Positions 32,715 through 43,358 of a stretch of 64,000 nucleotides of DNA are shown here, piece by piece. The position numbers and the translations under genes were made by a program. Under the pieces are notes generated by a model. That model was not told the origin of the DNA. It searched no databases and was given only the letters and a program-made list of their open reading frames with translations. The stretch spans positions 3,295-67,294 of the forward strand of contig CAWGRN010000021.1 of the NCBI GenBank assembly GCA_963825015.1, in the 5' to 3' direction. Origin of the DNA: an uncultured Alphaproteobacteria bacterium (GTDB lineage Bacteria > Pseudomonadota > Alphaproteobacteria > Rhizobiales > Xanthobacteraceae). Position 1 is the first letter of the stretch; each line of letters opens with the position of its first letter.

Positions 32715-33467
32715 CTAAACGTGCTGGCCGCCGTTGATGTGAATTTCCGCGCCATTCACATAAGACGACATCTCGGTGCACAGCACGTAGATGATCTTGG
32801 CGACTTCGTCGGGCGTGCCGAGCCGCTGCATCGGGATCTGCTCGACGATCTTGTCGGTGCCGGGCGACAGGATCGCGGTGTCGATCTCGCCGGGCGCGAT
32901 GGCGTTGACGCGGATGCCGAGCCGGCCAAAGTCGGATGCCATTTCGCGCGTCAGCGACGCCAGCGCCGCTTTCGACGTGGCGTAGGCCGCGCCCGCGAAC
33001 GGATGCACGCGCGAACCCGCGATCGAGGTGACGTTCACCACCGAGCCCTTGGCGGCCTTCAACTCGTCGACCAGTCCCCGCGCCAGCATGATCGGCGCGA
33101 AGAAATTCACCTGAAACACCTGCCGCCAGACTTCGGCCGCGGTATCGAGCGAGCCGAGCCGTTTGCCGCCGTCGGCCTTGGGCGAGATCGCCGCATTATT
33201 GACCAGCGCGTGCAGCTCGTGATTGTCGAGCCGCCGCCTGATCTCGGCGATCGCCTCCATGGTATTGGCTTCGTCGGACAGGTCGACCTGGATGTGATCT
33301 TCCGGTCCGGCGTCCCACGGGCAGTTTTCCGGGAACGGATGACGCGAGCAGGTGATGACGCGCCAGCCGGCGGCCGAGAACCGCTTGACGGTCGCGTGCC
33401 CGATGCCGCGGCTTGCCCCGGTGAGCAGAAGCGTGCGGCGGGGCTGGTTCGATTGCGTATTCGGCAT
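32715..33467 (-). CDS. SDR oxidoreductase
   Basis: TGASRGIG, NNAA, YATSK. Confidence 0.92.
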   Translation of the reverse strand: MPNTQSNQPRRTLLLTGASRGIGHATVKRFSAAGWRVITCSRHPFPENCPWDAGPEDHIQVDLSDEANTMEAIAEIRRRLDNHELHALVNNAAISPKADGGKRLGSLDTAAEVWRQVFQVNFFAPIMLARGLVDELKAAKGSVVNVTSIAGSRVHPFAGAAYATSKAALASLTREMASDFGRLGIRVNAIAPGEIDTAILSPGTDKIVEQIPMQRLGTPDEVAKIIYVLCTEMSSYVNGAEIHINGGQHV

Positions 33468-33479
33468 AATAGTCCTTTA

Positions 33480-33528
33480 GCGCATGATCCCGAAAAGTGG
33501 GAACCGGATTTCGGATCGGATCATGGGC
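33480..33528. repeat. 49-bp palindromic intergenic repeat, copy 1
   Basis: GCGCATGATCCCGAAAAGTGGGAACCGGATTTCGGATCGGATCATGGGC; near-identical to 54168..54216. Confidence 0.85.
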
Positions 33529-33540
33529 AAATAAAAAATC

Positions 33541-34182
33541 TCACGGATAGAGCCGCGTCTTGGCCCAAGGCGCGCCCGGCGTTTCGCGCACGAACTCGAT
33601 GCGGTCGTGCAGGCGGAACGGCCGGTCGTGCCAGAATTCGATGCGCAGCGGTACGATGCGGTAGCCCGACCATTGCGGCGGCCGCGGCACGTCGCTGAGC
33701 GCGTATTTGGCGGCGTATAGCGCTACCGCCTTTTCGAAGGCCAGCCGGCTCTCCAGCGGCGCCGACTGCTTCGAGGCCCAGGCGCCGATCTGGGCCTGCT
33801 TCGGCCTGGTGGCGAAATAGGCGTCGGCCTCGGCCACGGTGACGTGCTCGACGGTGCCGCGCACGCGCACCTGGCGGTTCAGCGATTTCCAATGGAACAC
33901 CAGCGCCGCCTTGGCGTGCAGGTCCAATTCTCGCCCTTTTTGGCTGTCCTTGTTGGTATAGAACACGAATCCCTGTTCATCCGCGCCCTTCAACAACACC
34001 ATCCGGGCGTTTGGCAGGCCGTCGGCATCGACGGTCGCCAAAGTCATGGCGGTCGGGTCGCGCGGTTCCGAGGCGCTCGCGTCCTTGAGCCATGCGGCAA
34101 ATAGGCGAAAAGGCTCGTCCGCGGCGGTGAAATCACCACTCGTTAACCAACTCGGGTGTTCAATCGGAGCGGTATCGGACAT
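33541..34182 (-). CDS. pdxH: Pyridoxine/pyridoxamine 5'-phosphate oxidase
   Basis: [36 protein letters not shown]. Confidence 0.96.
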   Translation of the reverse strand: MSDTAPIEHPSWLTSGDFTAADEPFRLFAAWLKDASASEPRDPTAMTLATVDADGLPNARMVLLKGADEQGFVFYTNKDSQKGRELDLHAKAALVFHWKSLNRQVRVRGTVEHVTVAEADAYFATRPKQAQIGAWASKQSAPLESRLAFEKAVALYAAKYALSDVPRPPQWSGYRIVPLRIEFWHDRPFRLHDRIEFVRETPGAPWAKTRLYP

Positions 34183-34196
34183 TTTGGAGTGCTCGC

Positions 34197-34697
34197 GTGG
34201 TCGGTCCCAGAAATAGTGACGAGACCAGTCACTGTCATCGCCGTCCTTATAGTGGATGCGGGGGCTTGCGCCTATGGCGCGGCCTGGCTGCGGCCCTGAC
34301 GTTGGCTATGGCCTGCGGCGGCTGCAGCATGTCCGGCCAGTTGGATTCGATGTTCGGCGGCGACAAATCCGACCAGACCGGATCCATCACGCCGCCGCCC
34401 GGCGCCAAGCAAATGACCCAGCTGCCGCCGGACGCCGACCTGGCGTTCACCCGGGCAGCCGTCAGCGACGTGCTCAACCGCCCCAACGACGCCAGCGTGC
34501 CGTGGGAAAATCCGCGCTCGGGCGCGCGCGGCACGGTGACCCCGATCGCCTCGGCCTATACCCAGGACGGCCAGACCTGCCGCGATTTCCTGGCCAGCTA
34601 TGTGCAGGGCACGTCGCAAGCCTGGCTGCAGGGCGAAGCCTGCAAACAGCACAAAGGCGTCTGGGAAGTCCGCACCATGAAGCCTTGGAAGTCCTAG
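34197..34697 (+). CDS. RT0821/Lpp0805-family (17-kDa surface antigen-like) lipoprotein; start uncertain
   Basis: Lipobox-like [28 protein letters not shown]. Confidence 0.82.
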   Translation: MVGPRNSDETSHCHRRPYSGCGGLRLWRGLAAALTLAMACGGCSMSGQLDSMFGGDKSDQTGSITPPPGAKQMTQLPPDADLAFTRAAVSDVLNRPNDASVPWENPRSGARGTVTPIASAYTQDGQTCRDFLASYVQGTSQAWLQGEACKQHKGVWEVRTMKPWKS

Positions 34698-34840
34698 TCA
34701 CGGGAAATGTGTGGGGCGCTTGCGCGTCGTAGCCCGTCAGGGCGAAGACGCGTTGCATCCGGGCGCTTGGAACCCCACATTAAGCGACGAACTGCCGGTT
34801 CCCGCCGGCGGGCAGGGGATTTTTCACGGAGAATGCACGG

Positions 34841-35827
34841 ATGCGCGACCCCTACGAAATTTTGGGGGTTTCAAAGGGTGCGACTGAGGCCGAGATCAAG
34901 AGCGCCTACCGGCGCATGGCCAAGAAGCTGCATCCCGACGCCAACAAGCACGACAAGAACGCAGCCTCGCGCTTTGCCGAGCTCAACGCCGCCTATGAGA
35001 TCGCGGGCGACGACGAGAAACGCAAAGCGTTCGACCGCGGCGAAATCGACGCCGAGGGCAAGCCGCGCTTCCAGGGCTTCGAAAGCCATGGCGCGCAGCC
35101 CGGCGGCGGCTTCGGCGGACCGGGCGGCAGTCATTTCGAAAGCTTCAGCTTCGGTCCGGACGGTTTCCAGCGCCGCGGCGGTGGCGGCGGCATGGGTGGC
35201 GGCGGTGGCGGCTTCGAGGATCTGCTGCGCGGCATGTTCAGCGGCGCCGGGCGCGCCGGCGCGCGCCAGCAGTTCGAACCGGAAGATTTCGCCGCGCCCC
35301 AGGGCGGCCAGGATCTACAGGCCAATCTGACCATATCGCTGCCGGACGCGGCCAAGGGCACCAAGACCCGGGTTCACCTGCCGACCGGCAAGGACATCGA
35401 GGTGAAAATCCCGGCGGGGATCGCCAGCGGCCAGCAGATCCGTCTCAAGGGCCAGGGCTATCCCAGCGCCGGCGGCAAAGCCGGCGACGCATTGATCACC
35501 ATCACGATCGCGCCGCACCCGGTGTTCACCCCGGACGGCGCTGATCTGCGGCTCGATCTGCCGATCACGCTTTATGAAGCCGTGCTCGGCGGCAAAGTGC
35601 GGGTGCCGACACTCGACGGCGCGGTGGAATTTCCAATCCCGCCCGATACCGACAGCGGCCGCACGTTCCGCCTCAAGGGCAAGGGACTGAAGTCGAAGAC
35701 CGCGACCGGCGATCTGCTCGCCACCGTGCGCATCGTGCTGCCGGAGAAAGCCGACGACGAGCTCAAGGCGCTGATGACAAAGCTGCGCGACGAGAAGCCC
35801 TACGATCCGCGCGAGGATTTGGAGTGA
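34841..35827 (+). CDS. DnaJ-class chaperone without zinc finger (CbpA-like)
   Basis: J domain with HPD, G/F-rich linker, C-terminal DnaJ domain, no CxxCxGxG repeats. Confidence 0.93.
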   Translation: MRDPYEILGVSKGATEAEIKSAYRRMAKKLHPDANKHDKNAASRFAELNAAYEIAGDDEKRKAFDRGEIDAEGKPRFQGFESHGAQPGGGFGGPGGSHFESFSFGPDGFQRRGGGGGMGGGGGGFEDLLRGMFSGAGRAGARQQFEPEDFAAPQGGQDLQANLTISLPDAAKGTKTRVHLPTGKDIEVKIPAGIASGQQIRLKGQGYPSAGGKAGDALITITIAPHPVFTPDGADLRLDLPITLYEAVLGGKVRVPTLDGAVEFPIPPDTDSGRTFRLKGKGLKSKTATGDLLATVRIVLPEKADDELKALMTKLRDEKPYDPREDLE

Positions 35828-35831
35828 GTGT

Positions 35832-35879
35832 CCTCATGGCGAGGAGCGCCGCGTTTGCGGCGCGTCTCGAACCATGAGG
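35832..35879. repeat. REP-like palindrome between convergent genes
   Basis: CCTCATGG...CGCCGC-GTTT-GCGGCG...CCATGAGG. Confidence 0.7.
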
Positions 35880-35884
35880 CTACC

Positions 35885-36679
35885 TCACGACTTCTTCGGC
35901 CCGCTCTTGTCGACCTGCTCGTAGACCGTCTTGGTGACCTTCTCGAGCCGTTCGCGATCGGCCGGCCCGCTCACCACATAGCCGACCTTGCCGTCCACCC
36001 AGTAGAAGGCCGCCGCGTTATCCTCGCTCTTGTAGCGCAGCGCGGTTTCCGCTTCCGACGCCTTGGCGCAGTAGATGGTGAAGCGCTCGCCCGAGGCGCC
36101 TTCGTACATATAGAAGGCCGCAGCTCCCGTTGCGCCCGGCAGCAGCCTGCCGCCGACCAGCTTCAGCCCGATCGATTGCAGATCAGGCACGCGCAGGTCC
36201 GAGCCGAGCCGCTTCGACAGCCACTGCGTCATGTGCGCGCGGTCTGAGCCCGGCACTTCGACCGGATGGCGCACCTCGACGACGTAGAGCTTGTAGGCAT
36301 CGAGCGCGTCGGCGGTGAAGGTGTCGAAGCCGGTTGGCGCGGCGGCCGAGGCGCCGCGCGCCATCCAGCCGGCGGTGCCGCCGAACACGAAGGCGGCGAT
36401 CGCGGCAGCCGCGGCCATCGCCGCCCACGAACGTCCGCCGGCGCGATCGCGCTTGATCACTTGGTCGAGCTTGAGCCGTTCGGGCACCGGCTCGCTGGCG
36501 ACCGCGCCATAGCGCGCGCGAATGCTGTCGGCCTGCGCCCGCCAGGCGGCGACCAGCGCCGCATGTTCGGCATGGGTTGCCAGCCAGGCGGCCACGGGCT
36601 CTTGCCGGTCGGCGGGCAATTCGCCGTCGACATAAGCGTGAAGTTCTTCTTCAGTCACAGGTGAATCGCGATCGATCAT
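35885..36679 (-). CDS. Transmembrane anti-sigma factor
   Basis: EEELHAYVDGEL, one TM helix, HPVEV, WLSKRLG, LVGGRLLP; directly downstream of the ECF sigma gene. Confidence 0.9.
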   Translation of the reverse strand: MIDRDSPVTEEELHAYVDGELPADRQEPVAAWLATHAEHAALVAAWRAQADSIRARYGAVASEPVPERLKLDQVIKRDRAGGRSWAAMAAAAAIAAFVFGGTAGWMARGASAAAPTGFDTFTADALDAYKLYVVEVRHPVEVPGSDRAHMTQWLSKRLGSDLRVPDLQSIGLKLVGGRLLPGATGAAAFYMYEGASGERFTIYCAKASEAETALRYKSEDNAAAFYWVDGKVGYVVSGPADRERLEKVTKTVYEQVDKSGPKKS

Positions 36680-36695
36680 AGTCTCACCTTTTCTC

Positions 36696-37187
36696 TCATT
36701 TGACGCGGCGCAGCGCCGGGCGCTCGCCGTCGAGATAAGTTTTGATTTGAACGCGGGCACGCGCCAAACGCGACATTACGGTTCCAATCGGCACGCCTTG
36801 CACTTCCGCGACTTCGCGGTAGCTGAGGCCTTCCAGCACCACCAGCAGCAAGGCATGGCGTTGATCTTCAACCAGCGTGGCCAGCGCGCGTTCGATGTCG
36901 CGGCCGCCGGCTTCCGGGCCGGACATGTCCGGCGCATCGTTTTCATCGATCGACGACATCGGCGGCCGCCGCGACAGCGAGCGCAGCCGGTTGCGGTTGA
37001 GATTGGTCAGGATCGTGTAGAGCCAACTCCGCACTTCGCCGCCATGAAACAGATGCTCCGAGCGCAGCGCCCGCACCAGCGTGTCCTGCACCAGATCGTC
37101 GGCGATATCGGAATCCCTGGTCAGCGCCCGGGCGTAGCGCCGCAGAGCCGGGATTGTCGCCTCGACGTTTTGCGCAAACGTGGCCAA
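36696..37187 (-). CDS. ECF RNA polymerase sigma factor (ECF26-like)
   Basis: LRRYARAL, DDLVQDT, WLYTIL, GTVMSRLARAR. Confidence 0.93.
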   Translation of the reverse strand: MATFAQNVEATIPALRRYARALTRDSDIADDLVQDTLVRALRSEHLFHGGEVRSWLYTILTNLNRNRLRSLSRRPPMSSIDENDAPDMSGPEAGGRDIERALATLVEDQRHALLLVVLEGLSYREVAEVQGVPIGTVMSRLARARVQIKTYLDGERPALRRVK

Positions 37188-37254
37188 GCAGGCCCTCCTT
37201 TTTCGAACCGTACGCCGCCTTCACGAGCGAATGCAGGCCCCGGCTGTTATAAAT

Positions 37255-37279
37255 AACCCCGCAATCAGGATCATATTCC
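37255..37279 (-). promoter_or_regulatory. Putative autoregulatory ECF promoter
   Basis: Minus strand GGAAT-N17-GTT about 70 nt upstream of the sigma start. Confidence 0.6.
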
Positions 37280-37393
37280 CGGAAATGAATTGAATTTACG
37301 TAGATCGCCGCCCGAACGGCGCCTTTGCTTGATGGCCCCATGACCCTATGCCATACGGGGGCTAGACGGTACTGACCGGCGGCGGGAAAATCG

Positions 37394-38215
37394 ATGGCGG
37401 AATCCTCGGGGCTAATGCGCGGCAAGCGCGGGCTGATCATGGGCGTGGCTAACAACCGCTCGATCGCCTGGGGCATTGCGCGCGCTTGCCGCGACCATGG
37501 CGCCGATCTCGCCTTTACCTACCAGGGCGATGCGCTCAAGAAGCGCGTCGAGCCGCTGGCCGAGGAGGTGGACGGCCTGGTGGTCGGCCATTGCGACGTC
37601 ACCGATCCGGCCTCCATGGACGCGGTGTTTGCCGCCGTGAAAACGGCCTGGGGTTCGCTCGATTTCGTGCTGCACGCCATCGCCTATTCGGACAAGGACC
37701 AGCTCGACGGCCGCTACGTCGACACCACCGAAGACAACTTCACCAAGACCATGCAGGTGAGCTGCTATTCGTTCACCGCCGTCGCCCAGCGCGCCGAAAA
37801 GCTGATGACCAATGGCGGCTCGCTGCTGACGCTGACTTATTACGGCGCCGAGAAGTGGATGCCGCATTATAATGTCATGGGGCTTGCCAAGGCGGCGCTG
37901 GAATCCTCGGTGCGTTATCTGGCAGCCGATCTCGGCGTCAAAAATATACGCGTCAACGCCATCTCGTCGGGGCCGATCAAGACGTTGGCGGCTTCCGGCA
38001 TCGGCGACTTCCGCTATATCCTGAAGTGGAACGAGTACAACACGCCGATGCGCCGCAACGTGACGCTGGACGACGTCGGCAAGACCGGCGTGTATTTCCT
38101 GTCCGACATGTCGAGCGGCGTCACCGGAGAAATCCACCACGTCGATGCCGGTTATCATATCGTCGGCATCAAGCATCCCGACGCGCCGGACTTTCCGGTA
38201 GGCAAAATCGAGTAG
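37394..38215 (+). CDS. fabI: Enoyl-ACP reductase
   Basis: GVANNRSIAWGIA, YNVMGLAKAALE, GPIKTLAASGI. Confidence 0.96.
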   Translation: MAESSGLMRGKRGLIMGVANNRSIAWGIARACRDHGADLAFTYQGDALKKRVEPLAEEVDGLVVGHCDVTDPASMDAVFAAVKTAWGSLDFVLHAIAYSDKDQLDGRYVDTTEDNFTKTMQVSCYSFTAVAQRAEKLMTNGGSLLTLTYYGAEKWMPHYNVMGLAKAALESSVRYLAADLGVKNIRVNAISSGPIKTLAASGIGDFRYILKWNEYNTPMRRNVTLDDVGKTGVYFLSDMSSGVTGEIHHVDAGYHIVGIKHPDAPDFPVGKIE

Positions 38216-38251
38216 TTACGTCCAACATCGCCCGTCAACGGGTGAAAAATC

Positions 38252-38851
38252 ATGGCGCTGCCGACCGTCTACTTTATTCGTCACGGGCAGACCGAGTGGA
38301 ACGTCACCGGCCGTCTGCAAGGGCACCGCGATATTCCGCTCAATGCGCGCGGCCAGACGCAGGCCGCCCATTGCGGCGAAATCCTGCGCGGCCTGTTCGC
38401 TCACCATGGCCGCAATCCCGCCGACTTCAGCTATGTCTCGAGCCCGCTCGGCCGGGCCCGCGAAACCATGGCCTTGGCGAGACCCGCGCTTGGCCTGCCG
38501 GCCGAAGGTTTTGCGGTCGACGAGCGTCTGGCCGAAATCTCCTTTGGCGAATGGGAAGGCTTCACCATCGCGCAATTGCATGAGCGCGACCCGACGCATA
38601 TCGCCCAGCGCGAGCACGACAAGTGGAACTTCGTGCCGCCGGGCGGCGAGAGCTACCTCAAGGTGTCGGCACGCATGGGCCGGTGGTATGCGAGCCTCGA
38701 GCGCGACACGGTGGCGACCGCCCATGGCGGCACCGCGCGCGGGCTGATGGCCTATCTCGGCATCGCAAAGCCTGCCGCCGCGCCACTGGTCGATATCGCG
38801 CAGGGCGTGGTCTATGTGTTTCAGGGCGACCGGATGACGCGCTACGCTTAG
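38252..38851 (+). CDS. Histidine phosphatase (phosphoglycerate mutase family)
   Basis: RHGQTEWN, SSPLGRARET, AHGG. Confidence 0.92.
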   Translation: MALPTVYFIRHGQTEWNVTGRLQGHRDIPLNARGQTQAAHCGEILRGLFAHHGRNPADFSYVSSPLGRARETMALARPALGLPAEGFAVDERLAEISFGEWEGFTIAQLHERDPTHIAQREHDKWNFVPPGGESYLKVSARMGRWYASLERDTVATAHGGTARGLMAYLGIAKPAAAPLVDIAQGVVYVFQGDRMTRYA

Positions 38852-38915
38852 TTCCGGGCCCATTTGACCGCCGCCGGCTCTCGGGCTACCACACCGGCGA
38901 CCAGCGGAACTGCCT

Positions 38916-40037
38916 ATGTCATTCAATACCTTCGGCCATCTTTTCCGGTTCACCAGCTTCGGCGAAAGCCACGGGGCGGCGATCGGCTGCGTGGTCGATG
39001 GCTGCCCGCCGCGCATCCCGCTGACCGAAGCCGACATCCAGACGCATCTCGACAAGCGGCGGCCGGGCCAGTCGCGCTTCACCACCCAGCGCCAGGAGCC
39101 GGACACGGTCAAGATCATGTCCGGCGTGTTCACCGATGAGGCCACCGGCCAGCAGGTGACGACCGGCACGCCGATCATGCTCATGATCGAGAATGTCGAT
39201 CAGCGCTCCAAGGACTATTCCGACATCAAGGCCAAGTACCGCCCCGGCCACGCCGGCTACGTCTACGACGTCAAATACGGTATCCACGATTATCGCGGCG
39301 GCGGGCGCGCTTCGGCGCGCGAGACCGCGGCCCGCGTGGCCGCCGGCGCGGTGGCGCGCAAGATCGTGCCGGGTTTGAGCGTGCGCGCCGCGCTGGTGCA
39401 GATGGGGCCGCACAAGATCGATCACGCGCGCTGGGACTGGAACGAGGTCGACAAGAATCCGTTCTTCTGCCCGGACGCCAAGCAGGCGAAATTCTTCGAG
39501 GAATATCTCGACGGTATCCGCAAATCCGGCTCCTCGATCGGCGCGGTGATCGAAGTGGTGGCCGAAGGCGTTCCGGCAGGGCTCGGTGCGCCGGTCTACG
39601 CCAAGCTCGACGGCGATCTCGCCGGCGCGCTGATGGGCATCAATGCGGTCAAGGGCGTGGAGATCGGCGACGGCTTTTCCACCGCTTCGATGAGCGGCGA
39701 GGAAAACGCCGACGAGATGCGCATGGGTAACGATGGCAAGCCGGTATTCCTGTCGAACCATGCCGGCGGCATTCTCGGCGGCATTTCGAGCGGGCAGGCC
39801 ATCGTCGCGCGTTTCGCGGTGAAGCCGACCTCGTCGATCCTCAATCCGCGCAAGACCGTCGACCGTTACGGCAACGACACCGAGATTTCGACCAAAGGCC
39901 GTCACGATCCTTGCGTCGGCATCCGCGCGGTTCCGATCGGGGAAGCCATGGTGGCTTGTGTCCTGGCCGATCATTATCTGATGCATCGCGGTCAGGTCGG
40001 CGAGGGAACGGCGTGGCCGTTCAAGCCCGGCGCCTGA
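38916..40037 (+). CDS. aroC: Chorismate synthase
   Basis: [28 protein letters not shown]. Confidence 0.97.
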   Translation: MSFNTFGHLFRFTSFGESHGAAIGCVVDGCPPRIPLTEADIQTHLDKRRPGQSRFTTQRQEPDTVKIMSGVFTDEATGQQVTTGTPIMLMIENVDQRSKDYSDIKAKYRPGHAGYVYDVKYGIHDYRGGGRASARETAARVAAGAVARKIVPGLSVRAALVQMGPHKIDHARWDWNEVDKNPFFCPDAKQAKFFEEYLDGIRKSGSSIGAVIEVVAEGVPAGLGAPVYAKLDGDLAGALMGINAVKGVEIGDGFSTASMSGEENADEMRMGNDGKPVFLSNHAGGILGGISSGQAIVARFAVKPTSSILNPRKTVDRYGNDTEISTKGRHDPCVGIRAVPIGEAMVACVLADHYLMHRGQVGEGTAWPFKPGA

Positions 40038-40058
40038 TGCCGCGCGCGAGGAAAATCA

Positions 40059-41147
40059 GTGTCCGATAGTCACAGCAGAGTCGACGCGGCCATCAAGGCC
40101 TTCGCCAAGGGCGAAATCGTGGTCGTCACCGACGACGACGACCGCGAGAACGAGGGCGACCTGTTCGTCGCGGCATCGCTGTGCACGCCGGAAAAGATGG
40201 CGTTCATCATCCGCAACACGTCGGGCATCGTCTGCGCGCCGCTCGGCGCCGAACTGGCGCGCCGCCTGCATCTCGATCCGATGGTGGCGGAAAATGACGC
40301 CCCGCTCGGCACCGCCTTCACCGTTACGGTCGACGTGCGCCATGGACTTTCCACCGGCATCTCGGCCGAGGAACGCTGCAACACCGTGCGCGCGCTCGCC
40401 AATGACAACAGCGGCGCCGGCGATTTCGTCCGTCCCGGCCATGTGTTTCCGCTGGTCGCGCGCCAAGGCGGCGTCTTGATGCGCTCCGGCCACACCGAAG
40501 CTTGCGTCGATCTCTGCCGCCTTGCCGGACTGCCGCCGGTCGGCGTGCTGTCCGAACTGATGAAGGACGACGGCACGGTGATGCGCGGGCCGGACGTGGC
40601 GGCTTTCGCGCAGACCCACAAACTCACGCAAGTGTCGATCGCCGAACTGATCGCCTACCGGCAGAACCGCGACAAGCTGGTGGAGCGCGTCGGCGAATTT
40701 CCGCTGGCGTCGGAAATCGGCACGCTCAATGGCTATGCCTATGTCACGCCGTTCGACCGCGTGCATCACATGGCCTTCGTCTATGGCGACATCGGCGACG
40801 GCAAGAATGTGCTGGCCCGGCTGCATCGCGCCGATGTCATCGGCGACGTGTTCGGCGGCGCCAAAACGATCCACGCCGCGCTCAGGCGCTTCAAGGCGGA
40901 AGGCCGCGGCGTCATCATCTATTTGCGCGACGGCACCGCCGGCGTGCCGGTGGCCGAAATCCCGCACGGCGACACCGGCACCGACGCCGCGCGCTCGCGG
41001 CAATGGCGCGAGATCGGCCTCGGCGCGCAGATCCTGAAAGATCTGGGGATTTCCTCAATCCGGCTGCTCGCCTCCAGCAAGCGCACTTATGTCGGCCTTG
41101 GCGGCTTCGGCATCGAAATTATCGATACGGAATCGCCGGAAAGCTGA
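40059..41147 (+). CDS. ribB: 3,4-dihydroxy-2-butanone-4-phosphate synthase fused to a degenerate GTP cyclohydrolase II-like domain (RibBX type)
   Basis: DDDDRENEGD, RPGHVFPL, GHTEA; the C-terminal domain lacks the Zn-binding cysteines. Confidence 0.92.
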   Translation: MSDSHSRVDAAIKAFAKGEIVVVTDDDDRENEGDLFVAASLCTPEKMAFIIRNTSGIVCAPLGAELARRLHLDPMVAENDAPLGTAFTVTVDVRHGLSTGISAEERCNTVRALANDNSGAGDFVRPGHVFPLVARQGGVLMRSGHTEACVDLCRLAGLPPVGVLSELMKDDGTVMRGPDVAAFAQTHKLTQVSIAELIAYRQNRDKLVERVGEFPLASEIGTLNGYAYVTPFDRVHHMAFVYGDIGDGKNVLARLHRADVIGDVFGGAKTIHAALRRFKAEGRGVIIYLRDGTAGVPVAEIPHGDTGTDAARSRQWREIGLGAQILKDLGISSIRLLASSKRTYVGLGGFGIEIIDTESPES

Positions 41148-41251
41148 ACTTTGCGGTTGTTCCCCGCCGCCGGTTCGCGGCGTTCGGGAATGGCGGGAGG
41201 GGTCTTCTTTTCGTCTTCGCCGCGTGCCACCCTCCGGCACGGGAGAGCGAC

Positions 41252-42109
41252 ATGAGGCGACGTCGTCTTTTGTGGGCCGCGGCTGGCGCGTTGATCGCCG
41301 GTGGCTTTGCGGTTGCGGCGCTTGCCACGCCGACACCGCTGCGTTTCGCCGACAAGAGTCCGGGCGCCATTCCGGTCGACGTCGAATTGGTGATCGCGGT
41401 CGACGTTTCCTATTCGATGGACCCCGACGAACAGGCCTTGCAGCGCGAGGGCTATATCCGGGCGCTGACGTCGAGCGAGTTCCTGCGCGCCTTGCACGAA
41501 GGCCCCAACGGCAAGATCGCCATCACCTATTTCGAATGGGCCGGCGCCTCCGATCAGAGGATCGTCATGCCGTGGCGGCTGATCGACGGACCGGAAGCCG
41601 CCGACGCGGTCGCCGCCGAAATCGCCCGTGCGCCTTACCGGCGCGCCTCGCGCACTTCGATTTCCGGCGCGCTTGGCTATGCCAAGCCGCTGTTCGACAA
41701 TAGCGGCTATCGCGGCTTGCGCCGCGTCGTCGACGTCTCCGGCGACGGCGCCAACAATTCCGGTCCGCTGGTGGTGCCGGCCCGCGACGAGGTGCTGGCC
41801 GCCGGCATCACCATCAACGGCCTGCCGATCATGCTCAAGCGCGCCAGTGTCGGCTCGCTCGATATCGAGCAGCTCGACATCTATTACGAAGATTGCGTGA
41901 TCGGCGGGCCCGGCGCCTTCGTGGTGCCGATCCGCGAGCGCGCCAAATTCATCGAGGCGACGCGCACCAAGCTGGTGCTGGAAATCGCCGGCCGCCAGCC
42001 GGAGCCGCGCGTCATTCCGGTAAGCGCCGACAAGCCGCGCATCTCATGCACCGTCGGCGAGAAGATGTGGCAGGACCGCTGGGGCGGCCGCGGCTACGAT
42101 TTTCAGTAA
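41252..42109 (+). CDS. DUF1194 (vWA-fold) exported protein
   Basis: Signal peptide, AVDVSYS (MIDAS-like), DVSGDGANN, TINGLPI, VIGGPGAFV. Confidence 0.88.
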   Translation: MRRRRLLWAAAGALIAGGFAVAALATPTPLRFADKSPGAIPVDVELVIAVDVSYSMDPDEQALQREGYIRALTSSEFLRALHEGPNGKIAITYFEWAGASDQRIVMPWRLIDGPEAADAVAAEIARAPYRRASRTSISGALGYAKPLFDNSGYRGLRRVVDVSGDGANNSGPLVVPARDEVLAAGITINGLPIMLKRASVGSLDIEQLDIYYEDCVIGGPGAFVVPIRERAKFIEATRTKLVLEIAGRQPEPRVIPVSADKPRISCTVGEKMWQDRWGGRGYDFQ

Positions 42110-42110
42110 A

Positions 42111-43358
42111 TTACTTCTCGAACTTCGCCACCAGTTCGACGTGAAACGAATAGCGGAACTGGTCGACCGGCGTGACGCTGACGAGCTTGTAGCCGCCATC
42201 GACCAGTATCCGGGCGTCGCGCGCGAAAGTCGTGGCGTCGCACGATACCGCCACGACCGTCGCCACTTTGCTCTTGGCCAATTCGCGCACCTGCGCTTCC
42301 GCGCCTTGGCGCGGCGGATCGAACACCACGGCGTCGAACGGCTTTAGCTCGGCGGCCATGAACGGCCGGCGGAACAGATCGCGCGTCTGCACATCCACCG
42401 GCTTTAGTCCCGCCGTGGTCCCGGCCGCACGCTCAAGCGCTTTGATGGCGCCGGCCTCGTTATCGGCAGCGCTCACGCGCGCCCGCTCGGCCAGTCTGAG
42501 CGCAAACGTGCCGATGCCGGCAAACAAATCGGCGACGCGTTTGACTTGGTTTCCTTGGCCGACATGGCCGATGACCAGCCGCGCCAGGGCGGCTTCGCCT
42601 TCGGCGGTCGCCTGCAGGAACGCGCCCGGCGGCAGCGCCACATGGGCGAGGCCGACCTTCAACAACGGCGCCGCGCCTTGCGCCACCAGCTCGCCGTGAC
42701 GAGTCAGCCGCGCCAACTTATGCTTCGCGACCAGGCCGGCCAGCGCCGTGGTGCGCTGCGACGACAGCGGGCCCGAGCCGCGCACGTCCATATCGATGCC
42801 GGAATCGGTGGCGGTGACGTGGATGTCGAGCGGCTTGGTGGTGGGCTTGAGCGCCTCGGCGATCGCCCAGGCCGCTTGAATGGCGCCATCGAGGCCCGGC
42901 GCCAAGATCGGACAGCGGTCGATGGCGATGATGTGATGCGCGCGCGGCGCCGCGAAACCGACTTCCAGGAGATCGTTCGCGCCGCGCCGGGCATGCAGCA
43001 CCGCGCGCCGCCGGCCCTGACCGTGCGCGTCGATCAGCGGCTCGACCGGCGCGATCAGGCCGGCATGCGCCATCGCTTCCACCACCAGTTCGCGCTTCCA
43101 AAGGTGATATTCGGCCAGCGACCAATGCTGCATGGCGCAGCCGCCGCAGATGCCGAAATGCTTGCAGATCGGCGTTTCGCGCTCGAGACTGGGCTTGTCG
43201 ACATGGACCAGGTGGCGACGGTCGGGGTGCCCCTCGACACGTTCGACCGTGACGATCTCGCCCGGCAGCGCATAGGGCACAAACGCCGGTCCGACATTGG
43301 TGTCGGCGATGCCGTCGCCGCGGTGGCCGAGGCGCGCGATGGTGAGTTGTTCAGTCAC
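42111..43358 (-). CDS. RNA m5U methyltransferase (RlmD/TrmA family)
   Basis: [37 protein letters not shown]. Confidence 0.92.
   Translation of the reverse strand: MTEQLTIARLGHRGDGIADTNVGPAFVPYALPGEIVTVERVEGHPDRRHLVHVDKPSLERETPICKHFGICGGCAMQHWSLAEYHLWKRELVVEAMAHAGLIAPVEPLIDAHGQGRRRAVLHARRGANDLLEVGFAAPRAHHIIAIDRCPILAPGLDGAIQAAWAIAEALKPTTKPLDIHVTATDSGIDMDVRGSGPLSSQRTTALAGLVAKHKLARLTRHGELVAQGAAPLLKVGLAHVALPPGAFLQATAEGEAALARLVIGHVGQGNQVKRVADLFAGIGTFALRLAERARVSAADNEAGAIKALERAAGTTAGLKPVDVQTRDLFRRPFMAAELKPFDAVVFDPPRQGAEAQVRELAKSKVATVVAVSCDATTFARDARILVDGGYKLVSVTPVDQFRYSFHVELVAKFEK

Noticed and set aside
35090-35215. GGC-rich tandem repeats
   Set aside because: They encode the normal Gly/Phe-rich linker of the DnaJ-class protein.
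40502-42109. 535-aa ORF with a long N-terminal extension on DUF1194
   Set aside because: The extension is an off-frame read of ribB; the real start with a signal peptide is at 41252.
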